A DNA stretch of 64,000 nt from the human T2T-CHM13v2.0 reference genome, Homo sapiens. The stretch lies in assembly GCF_009914755.1 (NCBI RefSeq), contig NC_060948.1. One strand, 5' to 3'. Under the pieces are notes generated by a model. It did not search any database and was not told where the DNA came from. It saw only the letters and a list, made by a program, of their open reading frames with translations. Numbering within the stretch: position 1 is the stretch's first letter; each line of letters begins with the position of its first letter. This document shows, in pieces, positions 19,150-38,508 of the stretch. A program made the position numbers and the translations under genes.

Positions 19150-21254
19150 AGATCCATATTTTTTAAATGAAAAAAAATTTCAAAGGTACTCTGCTTGGTA
19201 CAATAATCAAATGTATAAACTGAGGAATAAAACATAACCATGAAACCTACTTATAACTGCATATGGAAAATACAGAGGATAATTTTTTAAATAACATATT
19301 TTGAAAGCCTTAACTAGTAATTTGAAGAGCTGGCATTTGAAAGGCCAGTATGAATATACCTTCAAAGCAGCAACACAGGTTCCCCATGAGAAAAAGCAAA
19401 CACAGGGAAAATAAAAACACAAAGGTTCAATCTCTTCTGACCTTTGAAAGACACAGCACAGACAGTGGTCCTTAGGACGAAGAGCAGGAGACCCCTAATT
19501 CCGTCACCATGGCGATAGGGCATAAACATTGCTGGGTGAGGGCACAATCCACATTGTGAGGTCCAACTGCTGCCAGGAAGACAGGAGTGCTTTTACATAG
19601 ACCGAAAGGTCATTGAAGGCTCAGAGTTTTGTTTCAAGAACTGAATCCCAAGCCCACACGTTATTAGGCTGCGCTTCTTAAAACAAGGTATGAGATGGGA
19701 AAAAGGGCACCCACAAACATACGTATACATTATGTATATTATAATATACAGTATCATATATATAACATATATAACCTATGTATAATATTGTTTTACATCC
19801 TGCATCTTATGTTATATATATTGTATAAAATATAATAATTGATAATATATAAGTTTTATAATTATACAATATGACATATAGTATATATTATAATTTATGA
19901 CATATATAATATATGTTATATGTCATATATAGAATATATTATACGGTTAATATACGTATTAAATATAAATTATACATTATATATATTATATATAATATAT
20001 CTGTTATATATAATAACCATTATGCATAATATATATATTATGTCTATGTTATATATAGTATAAAACAACATATAATAATATATAATTGTATATATAAAAT
20101 GCGACATATAATATATATTATATTTTATAACATATGTAATATATATTATATATTATATATAATACGTTGTATTTATAATACCTATATTAAATATATATTA
20201 TATGACTATGTTATTAATTACATGTCACATGTGTTATATATTATATATTTTACATAGAATATACCGGTTACATACAATATATACTATGTTACCTATAATG
20301 TATAATTTATTACATGTAAAATAAAGAATGCAATATATTATGTATAATTTATAATATACCATATGTGGAATGTGATATATATAACATATAATATATGATA
20401 TATGATATACAGTATATGATATATAACATACAATATATGATTCCTAATATATATGGTATACAATATATATTTCATGATATGTATTCTATATGTTTTATAT
20501 TCTGTTATATATAACTATTTGAAATTATATATAACTGTATAATATTTTATGTAAATATGTAATATAATATATATAACTATATAATATATTATATATAACT
20601 ATATATTATGTTATATATACTTTTATAACATAATTTACATAAAATATCATAATATAATATATATTATATTATTTCATATTACATAATATATATTACATAT
20701 CACCCAATATAACTAACATACATAATATTATAATATAGATTATATTATGTTATATTAAATATCATATATATCATGTATCATATATTCTATAATATATATT
20801 ACACATTATATAATATGTATGTTGTCTATTATGTGATATATATAACTATATATATAATTATATTTTTATACATATAACTAGATAAACATGTAATTCTACA
20901 TATTTTCATTTATAATATGTAGAATTATATAATCATATATAATTATTTATATTGTATAAAAAATTTTATCATTATATAAATTATAATATATAAAAATTAT
21001 AATATGTACTACAAATATATATATTATATATCATATATGATATAGTACCTTTGTTATATTTCATAATACATATAAATGTGTATTATGTTATCTATAATTA
21101 TATAATTTCATATATAAGATGTATAATATGTATCTTATGTTATATATGTTATGTAATATATATAGTATATATAAGATGACACAGGATAAATATTATATAC
21201 TATGACTTATAAAATATATGAGGTTATATGTTACATATAAGGCATAGCACATAA

Positions 21255-21569
<315 letters not shown>

Positions 21570-23674
21570 AGATCCATATTTTTTAAATGAAAAAAAATTT
21601 CAAAGGTACTCTGCTTGGTACAATAATCAAATGTATAAACTGAGGAATAAAACATAACCATGAAACCTACTTATAACTGCATATGGAAAATACAGAGGAT
21701 AATTTTTTAAATAACATATTTTGAAAGCCTTAACTAGTAATTTGAAGAGCTGGCATTTGAAAGGCCAGTATGAATATACCTTCAAAGCAGCAACACAGGT
21801 TCCCCATGAGAAAAAGCAAACACAGGGAAAATAAAAACACAAAGGTTCAATCTCTTCTGACCTTTGAAAGACACAGCACAGACAGTGGTCCTTAGGACGA
21901 AGAGCAGGAGACCCCTAATTCCGTCACCATGGCGATAGGGCATAAACATTGCTGGGTGAGGGCACAATCCACATTGTGAGGTCCAACTGCTGCCAGGAAG
22001 ACAGGAGTGCTTTTACATAGACCGAAAGGTCATTGAAGGCTCAGAGTTTTGTTTCAAGAACTGAATCCCAAGCCCACACGTTATTAGGCTGCGCTTCTTA
22101 AAACAAGGTATGAGATGGGAAAAAGGGCACCCACAAACATACGTATACATTATGTATATAATAATATACAGTATCATATATATAACATATATAACCTATG
22201 TATAATATTGTTTTACATCCTGCATCTTATGTTATATATATTGTATAAAATATAATAATTGATAATATATAAGTTTTATAATTATACAATATGACATATA
22301 GTATATATTATAATTTATGACATATATAATATATGTTATATGTCATATATAGAATATATTATACGGTTAATATACGTATTAAATATAAATTATACATTAT
22401 ATATATTATATATAATATATCTGTTATATATAATACCCATTATGCATAATATATATATTATGTCTATGTTATATATAGTATAAAACAACATATAATAATA
22501 TATAATTGTATATATAAAATGCGACATATAATATATATTATATTTTATAACATATGTAATATATATTATATATTATATATAATACGTTGTATGTATAATA
22601 CCTATATTAAATATATATTATATGACTATGTTATTAATTACATGTCACATGTGTTATATATTATATATTTTACATAGAATATACCGGTTACATACAATAT
22701 ATACTATGTTACCTATAATGTATAATTTATTACATGTAAAATAAAGAATGCAATATATTATGTATAATTTATAATATACCATATGTGGAATGTGATATAT
22801 ATAACATATAATATATGATATATGATATACAGTATATGATATATAACATACAATATATGATGCCTAATATATATGGTATACAATATATATTTCATGATTT
22901 GTATTCTATATGTTTTATATTCTGTTATATATAACTATTTGAAATTATATATAACTGTATAATATTTTATGTAAATATGTAATATAATATATATAACTAT
23001 ATAATATATTATATATAACTATATATTATGTTATATATACTTTTATAACATAATTTACATAAAATATCATAATATAATATATATTATATTATTTCATATT
23101 ACATAATATATATTACATATCACCCAATATAACTAACATACATAATATTATAATATAGATTATATTATGTTATATTAAATATCATATATATCATGTATCA
23201 TATATTCTATAATATATATTACACATTATATAATATGTATGTTGTCTATTATGTGATATATACAACTACATATATAATTATATTTTTATACATATAACTA
23301 GATAAACATGTAATTCTACATATTTTCATTTATAATATGTAGAATTATATAATCATATATAATTATTTATATTCTATAAAAAATTTTATCATTATATAAA
23401 TTATAATATATAAAAATTATAATATGTACTACAAATATATATATTATATATCATATATGCTATAGTACCTTTGTTATATATCATAATACATATAAATGTG
23501 TATTATGTTATCTATAATTATATAATTTCATATATAAGTTGTATAATATGTATCATATATTATATATGTTATGTAATATATATAGTATATATAAGATGAC
23601 ACAGGATAAATATTGTATACTATGACATATAAAATATATGAGGTTATATGTTACATATAAGGCATAGCACATAA

Positions 23675-23989
<315 letters not shown>

Positions 23990-26092
23990 AGATCCATATT
24001 TTTTAAATGAAAAAAAATTTCAAAGGTACTCTGCTTGGTACAATAATCAAATGTATAAACTGAGGAATAAAACATAACCATGAAACCTACTTATAACTGC
24101 ATATGGAAAATACAGAGGATAATTTTTTAAATAACATATTTTGAAAGCCTTAACTAGTAATTTGAAGAGCTGGCATTTGAAAGGCCAGTATGAATATACC
24201 TTCAAAGCAGCAACACAGGTTCCCCATGAGAAAAAGCAAACACAGGGAAAATAAAAACACAAAGGTTCAATCTCTTCTGACCTTTGAAAGACACAGCACA
24301 GACAGTGGTCCTTAGGACGAAGAGCAGGAGACCCCTAATTCCGTCACCATGGCGATAGGGCATAAACATTGCTGGGTGAGGGCACAATCCACATTGTGAG
24401 GTCCAACTGCTGCCAGGAAGACAGGAGTGCTTTTACATAGACCGAAAGGTCATTGAAGGCTCAGAGTTTTGTTTCAAGAACTGAATCCCAAGCCCACACG
24501 TTATTAGGCTGCGCTTCTTAAAACAAGTTAGGAGATGGGAAAAAGGGCACCCACAAACATACGTATACATTATGTATATAATAATATACAGTATCATATA
24601 TATAATATATATAACCTATGTATAATATTGTTTTACACCCCGCATCTTATGTTATATGTAGTATAAAATATAATAATTGAAAATATATAAGATTTATAAT
24701 TATACAATATGACATATAGTATATATTATAATTTATGACATATATAATATATGTTATATGTCATATATAGAATATATTATACAGTTAATATACGTATTAA
24801 ATATAAATTATACATTATATATATTATATATAATATATCTGTTATATATAATACCCATTATGCATAATATATATATTATGTCTATGTTATATATAATATA
24901 AAACAACATATAATAATATATAATTGTATATATAAAATGCGACATATAATATATATTATATTTTATAATATATGTAATATATATTATATATTATATATAA
25001 TACGTTGTATGTATAATACCTATATTAAATATATATTATATGACTATGTTATTAATTACATGTCACATGTGTTATATATTATATATTTTACATAGAATAT
25101 ACCGGTTACATACAATATATACTATGTTACCTATAATGTATAATTTATTACATGTAAAATAAAGAATGCAATATATTATGTATAATTTATAATATACCAT
25201 ATGTGGAATGTGATATATATAACATATAATACATGATATATGATATAAAGTATATGATATATAACATACAATATATGATTCCTAATATATATGGTATACA
25301 ATATATATTTTATGATATGTATTCTATATGTTTTATATTCTGTTATATATAACTATTTGAAATTATATATAACTGTATAATATTTTATGTAAATATGTAA
25401 TATAATATATATAACTATATAATATATTATATATAACTATATATTATGTTATATATACTTTTATAACATAATTTACATAAAATATCATAATATAATATAT
25501 ATTATATTATTTCATATTACATAATATATATTACATATCACCCAATATAACTAACATACATAATATTGTAATATAGATTATATTATGTTATATTAAATAT
25601 CATATATATCATGTATCATATATTCTATAATATATATTACACATTATATAATATGTATGTTGTCTATTATGTGATATATATAACTATATATATAATTATA
25701 TTTTTATACATATAACTAGATAAACATGTAATTCTACATATTTTCATTTATAATATGTAGAATTATATAATCATATATAATTATTTATATTCTATAAAAA
25801 ATTTTATCATTCTATAAATTATAATATATAAAAATTATAATATGTACTACAAATATATATATTATATATCATATATGATATAGTACCTTTGTTATATATC
25901 ATAATACATATAAATGTGTATTATGTTATCTATAATTATATAATTTCATATATAAGATGTATAATATGTATCATATATTATATATGTTATGTAATATATA
26001 TAGTATATATAAGATGACACAGGATAAATATTATATACTATGACATATAAAATATATCAGGTTATATGTTACATATAAGGCATAGCACATAA

Positions 26093-26407
<315 letters not shown>

Positions 26408-28512
26408 AGATCCATATTTTTTAAATGAAAAAAAATTTCAAAGGTACTCTGCTTGGTACAATAATCAAATGTATAAACTGAGGAATAAAACATAACCATG
26501 AAACCTACTTATAACTGCATATGGAAAATACAGAGGATAATTTTTTAAATAACATATTTTGAAAGCCTTAACTAGTAATTTGAAGAGCTGGCATTTGAAA
26601 GGCCAGTATGAATATACCTTCAAAGCAGCAACACAGGTTCCCCATGAGAAAAAGCAAACACAGGGAAAATAAAAACACAAAGGTTCAATCTCTTCTGACC
26701 TTTGAAAGACACAGCACAGACAGTGGTCCTTAGGACGAAGAGCAGGAGACCCCTAATTCCGTCACCATGGCGATAGGGCATAAACATTGCTGGGTGAGGG
26801 CACAATCCACATTGTGAGGTCCAACTGCTGCCAGGAAGACAGGAGTGCCTTTACATAGACCGAAAGGTCATTGAAGGCTCAGAGTTTTGTTTCAAGAACT
26901 GAATCCCAAGCCCACACGTTATTAGGCTGCGCTTCTTAAAACAAGTGATGAGATGGGAAAAAGGGCACCCACAAACATACGTATACATTATGTATATAAT
27001 AATATACAGTATCATATATATAATATATATAACCTATGTATAATATTGTTTTACATCCTGCATCTTATGTTTTATATATTGTATAAAATATAATAACTGA
27101 TAATATATAAGTTTTATAATTATACAATATGACATATAGTATATATTATAATTTATGACATATATAATATATGTTATATGTCATATATAGAATATATTAT
27201 ACGGTTAATATACGTATTAAATATAAATTATACATTATATATATTATATATAATATATCTGTTATATATAATACCCATTATGCATAATATATATATTATG
27301 TCTATGTTATATATAGTATAAAACAACATATAATAATATATAATTGTATATATAAAATGCGACATATAATATATATTATATTTTATAACATATGTAATAT
27401 ATATTATATATTATATATAATACGTTGTATGTATAATACCTATATTAAATATATATTATATGACTATGTTATTAATTACACGTCACATGTGTTATATATT
27501 ATATATTTTACATAGAATATACCGGTTACATACAATATATACTATGTTACCTATAATGTATAATTTATTACATGTAAAATAAAGAATGCAATATATTATG
27601 CAAAATTTATAATATACCATATGTGAAATGTGATATATATAACATATAATATATGATATAAGATATACAGTGTATGATATATAACATACAATATATGATT
27701 CCTAATATATATGGTATACAATATATATTTTATGATATGTATTCTATATGTTTTATATTCTGTTATATATAACTATTTGAAATTATATATAACTGTATAA
27801 TATTTTATGTAAATATGTAATATAATATATATAACTATATAATATATTTTATATAACTATATATTATGTTATATATACTTTTATAACATAATTTACATAA
27901 AATATCATAATATAATATATATTATATTATTTCATATTACATAATATATATTACATATCACCCAATATAACTAACATACATAATATTATAATATAGATTA
28001 TATTGTGTTATATTAAATATCATATATATCATGTATCATATATTCTATAATATATATTACACATTATATAATATGTATGTTGTCTATTATGTGATATATA
28101 TAACTATATATATAATTATATTTTTATACATATAACTAGATAAACATGTAATTCTACATATTTTCATTTATAATATGTAGAATTATATAATCATATATAA
28201 TTATTTATATTCTATAAAAAATTTTATCATTATATAAATTATAATATATAAAAATTATAATATGTACTACAAATATATATATTATATATCATATATGATA
28301 TAGTACCTTTGTTATATATCATAATACATATAAATGTGTATTATGTTATCTATAATTATATAATTTCATATATAAGATGTATAATATGTATCATATATTA
28401 TATATGTTATGTAATATACATAGTATATATAAGATGACACAGGATAAATATTATATACTATGACATATAAAATATATCAGGTTATATGTTACATATAAGG
28501 CATAGCACATAA

Positions 28513-28827
<315 letters not shown>

Positions 28828-30956
28828 AGATCCATATTTTTTAAATGAAAAAAAATTTCAAAGGTACTCTGCTTGGTACAATAATCAAATGTATAAACTG
28901 AGGAATAAAACATAACCATGAAACCTACTTATAACTGCATATGGAAAATACAGAGGATAATTTTTTAAATAACATATTTTGAAAGCCTTAACTAGTAATT
29001 TGAAGAGCTGGCATTTGAAAGGCCAGTATGAATATACCTTCAAAGCAGCATCACAGGTTCCCCAATGAGAAAAAGCAAACACAGGGAAAATAAAAACACA
29101 AAGGTTCAATCTCTTCTGACCTTTGAAAGACACAGCACAGACAGTGGTCCTTAGGACGAAGAGCAGGAGACCCCTAATTCCGTCACCATGGCGATAGGGC
29201 ATAAACATTGCTGGGTGAGGGCACAATCCACATTGTGAGGTCCAACTGCTGCCAGGAAGACAGGAGTGCTTTTACATAGACCGAAAGGTCATTGAAGGCT
29301 CAGAGTTTTGTTTCAAGAACTGAATCCCAAGCCCACACGTTATTAGGCTGCGCTTCTTAAAACAAGTTATGAGATGGGAAAAAGGGCACCCACAAACATA
29401 CGTATACATTATGTATATAATAATATACAGTGTCATATATATAATATATATAACCTATGTATAATATTGTTTTACATCCTGCATCTTATGTTATATATAT
29501 TGTATAAAATATAATAATTGATAATATATAAGTTTTATAATTATACAATATGACATATAGTATATATTATAATTTATGACATATATAATATATGTTATAT
29601 GTCATATATAGAATATATTATACGGTTAATATACGTATTAAATATAAATTATACATTATATATATTATATATAATATATCTGTTATATATAATACCCATT
29701 ATGCATAATATATATATTATGTCTATGTTATATATAGTATAAAACAACATATAATAATATATAATTGTATATATAAAATGCGACATAGAATATATATTAT
29801 ATTTTATAACATATGTAATATATATTATATATTATATATAATACGTTGTATGTATAATACCTATATTAAATATATATTATATGACTATGTTATTAATTAC
29901 ATGTCACATGTGTTATATATTATATATTTTACATAGAATATACCGGTTACATACAATATATACTATGTTACCGATAATGTATAATTTATTACATGTAAAA
30001 TAAAGAATGCAATATATTATGTATAATTTATAATATACCATATGTGGAATGTGATACATATAACATATAATATATGATATATGATATACAGTATATGATA
30101 TATAACATAAAATATATGATTCCTAATATATATGGTATACAATATATATTTTATGATATGTATTCTATATGTTTTATATTCTGTTATATATAACTATTTG
30201 AAATTATATATAACTGTATAATATTTTATGTAAATATGTAATATAATGTATATAACTATATATTATATTATATATAACTATATATTATGTTATATATACT
30301 TTTATAACATAATTTACATAAAATATCATAATATAATATATATTATATTATTTCATATTACATAATATATATTACATATCACCCAATATAACTAACATAC
30401 ATAATATTATAATATAGATTATATTGTGTTATATTAAATATCATATATATCATGTATCATATATTCTATAATATATATTACACAGTATATAATATGTATG
30501 TTGTCTATTATGTGATATATATAACTATATATATAATTATATTTTTATACATATAACTAGATAAACATGTAATTCTACATATTTTCATTTATAATATGTA
30601 GAATTATATAATCATATATAATTATTTATATTCTATAAAAAATTTTATCATTATATAAATTATAATATATAAAAATTATAATATGTACTACAAATATATA
30701 TATTATATATCATATATGATATAGTACCTTTGTTATATATCATAATACATATAAATGTGTATTATGTTATCTATAATTATATAATTTCATATATAAGATG
30801 TATAATATGTGTCATATATTATATATGTTATGTAATATATATAGTATATATAAGATGACACAGGATAAATATTATATACTATGACATATAAAATATATGA
30901 GGTTATATGTTACATATAAGGCATAGCACATAACATGAAATATATATCATATATAA

Positions 30957-31248
30957 TTTTTTTTTAGACAGAATCTTGTCCTGTTGCACAGGGTGGGGTA
31001 CAATGGCGCCATCTTTGCTCACTGCAACTTCTCCCTCACGGGTCCAAGCGATTGTCCTCCCTCAGCCTCCCAGGTAGCTGGGACTACACCACACTGGGAC
31101 TACACCAGCTGCCACCATGCCTAGCTAATTTTTTGGATTTTTAGTAGTGACAGCGTTTCACTGTATTGGCCAGGATGGTCTTGATCTCTTCACCTTGTGA
31201 TCCCCTTGCCTTGGCCTCCAAATTTGCTGGGATTACAGGCCTGAGCCA
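30957..31248 (-). mobile_element. Embedded Alu, DYZ2 unit 13
   Basis: Same motifs as 1940-2230. Confidence 0.9.
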
Positions 31249-33376
31249 AGATCCATATTTTTTAAATGAAAAAAAATTTCAAAGGTACTCTGCTTGGTAC
31301 AATAATCAAATGTATAAACTGAGGAGTAAAACATAACCATGAAACCTACTTATAACTGCATATGGAAAATACAGAGGATAATTTTTTAAATAACATATTT
31401 TGAAAGCCTTAACTAGTAATTTGAAGAGTTGGCATTTGAAAGGCCAGTATGAATATACCTTCAAAGCAGCAACACAGGTTCCCCATGAGAAAAAGCAAAC
31501 ACAGGGAAAATAAAAACACAAAGGTTCAATCTCTTCTGACCTTTGAAAGACACAGCACAGACAGTGGTCCTTAGGACGAAGAGCAGGAGACTCCTAATTC
31601 CGTCACCATGGCGATAGGGCATAAACATTGCTGGGTGAGGGCACAATCCACATTGTGAGGTCCAACTGCTGCCAGGAAGACAGGAGTGCTTTTACATAGA
31701 CCGAAAAGTCATTGAAGGCTCAGAGTTTTGTTTCAAGAACTGAATCCCAAGCCCACACGTTATTAGGCTGTGCTTCTTAAAACAAGTTATGAGATGGGAA
31801 AAAGGGCACCCACAAACATATGTATACATTATGTATATAATAATATACAGTGTCATATATATAATATATATAACCTATGTATAATATTGTTTTACATCCT
31901 GCATCTTATGTTATATATATTGTATAAAATATAATAATTGATAATATATAAGTTTTATAATTATACAATATGACATATAGTATATATTATAATTTATGAC
32001 ATATATAATATATGTTATATGTCATATATAGAATATATTATACGGTTAATATACGTATTAAATATAAATTATACATTATATATATTATATATAATATATC
32101 TGTTATATGTAATACCCATTATGCATAATATATATATTATGTCTATGTTATATATAGTATAAAACAACATATAATAATATATAATTGTATATATAAAATG
32201 CGACATATAATATATATTATATTTTATAACATATGTAATATATATTATATATTATATATAATACGTTGTATGTATAATACCTATATTAAATATATATTAT
32301 ATGACTATGTTATTAATTACATGTCACATGTGTTATATATTATATATTTTACATAGAATATACCGGTTACATACAATATATACTATGTTACCTATAATGT
32401 ATAATTTATTACATGTAAAATAAAGAATGCAATATATTATGTAAAATTTATAATATACCATATGTGGAATGTGATATATATAACATATAATATATGATAT
32501 ATGATATACAGTGTATGATATATAACATACAATATATGATTCCTAATATATATGGTATACAATATATATTTTATGATATGTATTCTATATGTTTTATATT
32601 CTGTTATATATAACTATTTGAAATTATATATAACTGTATAATATTTTATGTAAATATGTAATATAATATATATAACTATATAATATATTTTATATAACTA
32701 TATATTATGTTATATATACTTTTATAACATAATTTACATAAAATATCATAATATAATATATTTTATATTATTTCATATTACATAATATATATTACATATC
32801 ACCCAATATAACTAACATACATAATATTATAATATAGATTATATTATGTTATATTAAATATCATATATATCATGTATCATATATTCTATAATATATATTA
32901 CACATTATATAATATGTATGTTGTCTATTATGTGATATATATAACTCTATATATAATTATATTTTTATACATATAACTAGATAAACATGTAATTCTACAT
33001 ATTTTCATTTATAATATGTAGAATTATATAATCATATATAATTATTTATATTCTATAAAAAATTTTATCATTATATAAATTATAATATATAAAAATTATA
33101 ATATGTACTACAAATATATATATTATATATCATATATGATATAGTACCTTTGTTATATATCATAATACATATAAATGTGTATTATGTTATCTATAATTAT
33201 ATAATTTCATATATAAGATGTATAATATGTATCATATATTATATATGTTATGTAATATATATAGTATATATAAGATGACACAGGATAAATATTATATACT
33301 ATGACATATAAAATATATGAGGTTATATGTTACATATAAGGCATAGCACATAACATGTAATATATATCATATATAA

Positions 33377-33668
33377 TTTTTTTTTAGACAGAATCTTGTC
33401 CTGTTGCACAGGGTGGGGTACAATGGCGCCATCTTTGCTCACTGCAACTTCTCCCTCACGGGTCCAAGCGATTGTCCTCCCTCAGCCTCCCAGGTAGCTG
33501 GGACTACACCACACTGGGACTACACCAGCTGCCACCATGCCTAGCTAATTATTTGGATTTTTAGTAGTGACAGCGTTTCACTGTATTGGCCAGGATGGTC
33601 TTGATCTCTTAACCTTGTGATCCCCTTGCCTTGGCCTCCAAATTTGCTGGGATTACAGGCCTGAGCCA
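33377..33668 (-). mobile_element. Embedded Alu, DYZ2 unit 14
   Basis: Same motifs as 1940-2230. Confidence 0.9.
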
Positions 33669-35773
33669 AGATCCATATTTTTTAAATGAAAAAAAATTTC
33701 AAAGGTACTCTGCTTGGTACAATAATCAAATGTATAAACTGAGGAATAAAACATAACCATGAAACCTACTTATAACTGCATATGGAAAATACAGAGGATA
33801 ATTTTTTAAATAACATATTTTGAAAGCCTTAACTAGTAATTTGAAGAGCTGGCATTTGAAAGGCCAGTATGAATATACCTTCAAAGCAGCAACACAGGTT
33901 CCCCATGAGAAAAAGCAAACACAGGGAAAATAAAAACACAAAGGTTCAATCTCTTCTGACCTTTGAAAGACACAGCACAGACAGTGGTCCTTAGGACGAA
34001 GAGCAGGAGACCCCTAATTCCGTCACCATGGCGATAGGGCATAAACATTGCTGGGTGAGGGCACAATCCACATTGTGAGGTCCAACTGCTGCCAGGAAGA
34101 CAGGAGTGCTTTTACATAGACCGAAAGGTCATTGAAGGCTCAGAGTTTTGTTTCAAGAACTGAATCCCAAGCCCACACGTTATTACGCTGCGCTTCTTAA
34201 AACAAGTTATGAGATGGGAAAAAGGGCACCCACAAACATACGTATACATTATGCATATAATAATATACAGTATCATATATATAATATATATAACCTATGT
34301 ATAATATTGTTTTACATCCTGCATCTTATGTTATATATATTGTATAAAATATAATAATTGATAATATATAAGTTTTATAATTATACAATATGACATATAG
34401 TATATATTATAATTTATGACATATATAATATATGTTATATGTCATATATAGAATATATTATACGGTTAATATACGTATTAAATATAAATTATACATTATA
34501 TATATTATATATAATATATCTGTTATATATAATAACCATTATGCATAATATATATATTATGTCTATGTTATATATAGTATAAAACAACATATAATAATAT
34601 ATAATTGTATATATAAAATGCGACATATAATATATATTATATTTTATAACATATGTAATATATATTATATATTATATATAATACGTTGTATGTATAATAC
34701 CTATATTAAATATATATTATATGACTATGTTATTAATTACATGTCACATGTGTTATATATTATATATTTTACATAGAATATACCGGTTACATACAATATA
34801 TACTATGTTACCTATAATGTATAATTTATTACATGTAAAATAAAGAATGCAATATATTATGTAAAATTTATAATATACCATATGTGAAATGTGATATATA
34901 TAACATATAATATATGATATATGATATACAGTGTATGATATATAACATACAATATATGATTCCTAATATATATGGTATACAATATATATTTTATGATATG
35001 TATCCTATATGTTTTATATTCTGTTATATATATCTATTTGAAATTATATATAACTGTATAATATTTTATGTAAATATGTAATATAATATATATAACTATA
35101 TAATATATTTTATATAACTATATATTATGATATATATACTTTTATAACATAATTTACATAAAATATCATAATATAATATATATTATATTATTTCATATTA
35201 CATAATATATATTACATATCACCCAATATAACTAACATACATAATATTATAATATAGATTATATTATGTTATATTAAATATCATATACATCATGTATCAT
35301 ATATTCTATAATATATATTACACATTATATAATATGTATGTTGTCTATTATGTGATATATATAACAATATATATAATTATATTTTTATACATATAACTAG
35401 ATAAACATGTAATTCTACAAATTTTCATTTATAATATGTAGAATTATATAATCATATATAATTATTTATATTCTATAAAAAATTTTATCATTATATAAAT
35501 TATAATATATAAAAATTATAATATGTACTACAAATATATATATTATATATCATATATGATATAGTACCTTTGTTATATATCATAATACATATAAATGTGT
35601 ATTATGTTATCTATAATTATATAATTTCATATATAAGATGTATAATATGTATCATATATTATATATGTTATGTAATATATATAGTATATATAAGATGACA
35701 CAGGATAAATATTATGTACTATGACATATAAAATATATCAGGTTATATGTTACATATAAGGCATAGCACATAA

Positions 35774-36088
<315 letters not shown>

Positions 36089-38193
36089 AGATCCATATTT
36101 TTTAAATGAAAAAAAATTTCAAAGGTACTCTGCTTGGTACAATAATCAAATGTATAAACTGAGGAATAAAACATAACCATGAAACCTACTTATAACTGCA
36201 TATGGAAAATACAGAGGATAATTTTTTAAATAACATATTTTGAAAGCCTTAACTAGTAATTTGAAGAGTTGGCATTTGAAAGGCCAGTATGAATATACCT
36301 TCAAAGCAGCAACACAGGTTCCCCATGAGAAAAAGCAAACACAGGGAAAATAAAAACACAAAGGTTCAATCTCTTCTGACCTTTGAAAGACACAGCACAG
36401 ACAGTGGTCCTTAGGACGAAGAGCAGGAGACCCCTAATTCCGTCACCATGGCGATAGGGCATAAACATTGCTGGGTGAGGGCACAATCCACATTGTGAGG
36501 TCCAACTGCTGCCAGGAAGACAGGAGTGCTTTTACATAGACCGAAAGGTCATTGAAGGCTCAGAGTTTTGTTTCAAGAACTGAATCCCAAGCCCACACGT
36601 TATTAGGCTGCGCTTCTTAAAACAAGTTATGAGATGGGAAAAAGGGCACCCACAAACATACGTATACATTATGTATATAATAATATACAGTGTCATATAT
36701 ATAATATATATAACCTATGTATAACATTGTTTTACATCCTGCATCTTATGTTATATATATTGTATAAAATATAATAATTGATAATATATAAGTTTTATAA
36801 TTATACAATATGACATATAGTATATATTATAATTTATGACATATATAATATATGTTATATGTCATATATAGAATATATTATACGGTTAATATACGTATTA
36901 AATATAAATTATACATTATATATATTATATATAATATATCTGTTATATATAATAACCATTATGCATAATATATATATTATGTCTATGTTATATATAGTAT
37001 AAAACAACATATAATAATATATAATTGTATATATAAAATGCGACATATAATATATATTATATTTTATAACATATGTAATATATATTTTATATTATATATA
37101 ATACGTTGTATGCATAATACCTATATTAAATATATATTATATGACTATGTTATTAATTACATGTCACATGTGTTATATATTATATATTTTACATAGAATA
37201 TACCGGTTGCATACAATATATACTATGTTACCTATAATGTATAATTTATTACATGTAAAATAAAGAATGCAATATATTATGTATCATTTATAATATACCA
37301 TATGTGGAATGTGATATATATAACATATAATATATGATATATGATATACAGTATATGATATATAACATACGATATATGATTCCTAATATATATGGTATAC
37401 AATATATATTTTATGATATGTATTCTATGTGTTTTATATTCTGTTATATATAACTATTTGAAATTATATATAACTGTATAATATTTTATGTAAATATGTA
37501 ATATAATATATATAACTATATAATATATTATATATAACTATATATTATGTTATATATACTTTTATAACATAATTTACATAAAATATCATAATATAATATA
37601 TATTATATTATTTCATATTACATAATATATATTACATATCACCCAATATAACTAACATACATAATATTATAATATAGATTATATTGTGTTATATTAAATA
37701 TCATATATATCATGTATCATATATTCTATAATATATATTACACATTATATAATATGTATGTTGTCTATTATGTGATATATATAACTATATATATAATTAT
37801 ATTTTTATACATATAACTAGATAAACATGTAATTCTACATATTTTCATTTATAATATGTAGAATTATATAATCATATATAATTATTTATATTCTATAAAA
37901 AATTTTATCATTATATAAATTATAATATATAAAAATTATAATATGTACTACAAATATATATATTATATATCATATATGATATAGTACCTTTGTTATATAT
38001 CATAATACATATAAATGTGTATTATGTTATCTATAATTATATAATTTCATATATAAGATGTATAATGTGTATCATATATTATATATGTTATGTAATATAT
38101 ATAGTATATATAAGATGACACAGGATAAATATTATATACTATGACATATAAAATATATGAGGTTATATGTTACATATAAGGCATAGCACATAA

Positions 38194-38508
<315 letters not shown>

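Noticed and set aside
28885-29226. 113-aa ORF fusing the two short ORFs
   Set aside because: It results from a single 1-bp insertion (cccAatgag, ~29064) in one unit, a chance frameshift or sequence error with no evidence of expression.
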